NCBI GenBank assembly: GCA_040954595.2
Contig: CM082591.2
Location: 7,554,047-7,618,046, forward strand
Origin: Balanoglossus misakiensis
Taxonomy: Eukaryota; Animalia; Hemichordata
DNA length: 64,000 bases
Direction of reading: 5' to 3'
The position numbers and the translations under genes were made by a program. The notes below the pieces were generated by a model. It was given only the letters and a program-made list of their open reading frames with translations, was not told the origin of the DNA and did not search any database. Positions 63,235 to 64,000 of this stretch are shown piece by piece. Each line of letters opens with the position of its first letter. Position 1 is the first letter of the stretch.

Positions 63235-64000
63235 CAATCAGTAATTGTCATATTGGTGAACAGAGAAGAATTATCTACTCCTTAGCCGAGAGGGCTGGTA
63301 CTTTCTTTGACCAGGTGAGTATTTTTGTGAATAAACCCTTGAGAAAATTATTGGTGTAAACCTTTCTAACTTTAAGTTTAAAGAATTTATTGGAAAGTAA
63401 AATGTATTGTTGGAAATTTAGTGATATATTTTTTTGCAAGAATATACCCTAACCACTTATATAGTGACATCATTGCAGATGATCTGAGAGATGGAAAACC
63501 TGCAGTTACTTAGGATGAGTCATGATAAATAGTCTGTCTCAACACCACTGGCTGTTCCAGATTGTCACTTGGATAAAAAATTGGTAAGTTCCTAATTTGA
63601 ATTGCCTTTTTTGATTATTTATAATCATAACAAAATTAAAGTTTCTTGATATTGTGGAATATCTACATATGACAATTCCAAAGTCAAATGAAGAAATTGA
63701 ATGATTGTAGCTAGTGGTTGAAATTGTAGAAATTGAGCATTTTCACCCTGGACCAGAGTTGTTTTATTTCTGGCCACTGTAACAAAGAGTGAACCTTTCA
63801 CCCCTTTCTGTTGCATATGGATTCAACCATACCAATCAAAACAGAGGGTTGAACCACTGTTCTGTTTTATATTGCTTTATGCTGTCTGTGTCTGCCAGTA
63901 ATCAGCCTACTTGTACATTGGACATTTACACACAAATTGGCTCATAGCTTTTCTTTTTTCTATTCTGGCACACCTTGATGCTCCATCAAATGCTCTTGCA

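Noticed and set aside
63280-63590. Plus-strand exon-like segments with good donors (gtgagt near 63315, gtaagt near 63584)
   Set aside because: The frames contain stops and have no recognisable homology, so they cannot be supported as a gene.

Overview
Eukaryotic (animal) genomic DNA: AT-rich, with GT-AG introns and many transposable elements. Protein similarity suggests an invertebrate deuterostome, which is an inference. Manual splicing gives five complete genes: a carotenoid cleavage oxygenase (BCO/RPE65 family, minus strand, 8 coding exons), two head-to-head patatin lipases (PNPLA2/4-like) separated by a 127-bp satellite, PTDSS2 (minus) and UBE2M/Ubc12 (plus). The whole block is bracketed by a ~2.8 kb inverted duplication. 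Each arm ends in a terminal exon encoding an NHL beta-propeller. By hand count the two propeller exons differ by about 36 amino-acid replacements but only about 6 synonymous changes, concentrated on the predicted ligand-binding face, which suggests diversifying selection. Intron 1 of the oxygenase (~10 kb) is about 93% nested transposons. These include a CAC...GTG, 5-bp-TSD (Transib-like) element hosting a young, internally deleted Gypsy LTR element, and an unclassified 6-bp-TSD foldback element. No CRISPR array, rRNA or tRNA genes were found. All exon calls and counts were made by eye and are unverified computationally.
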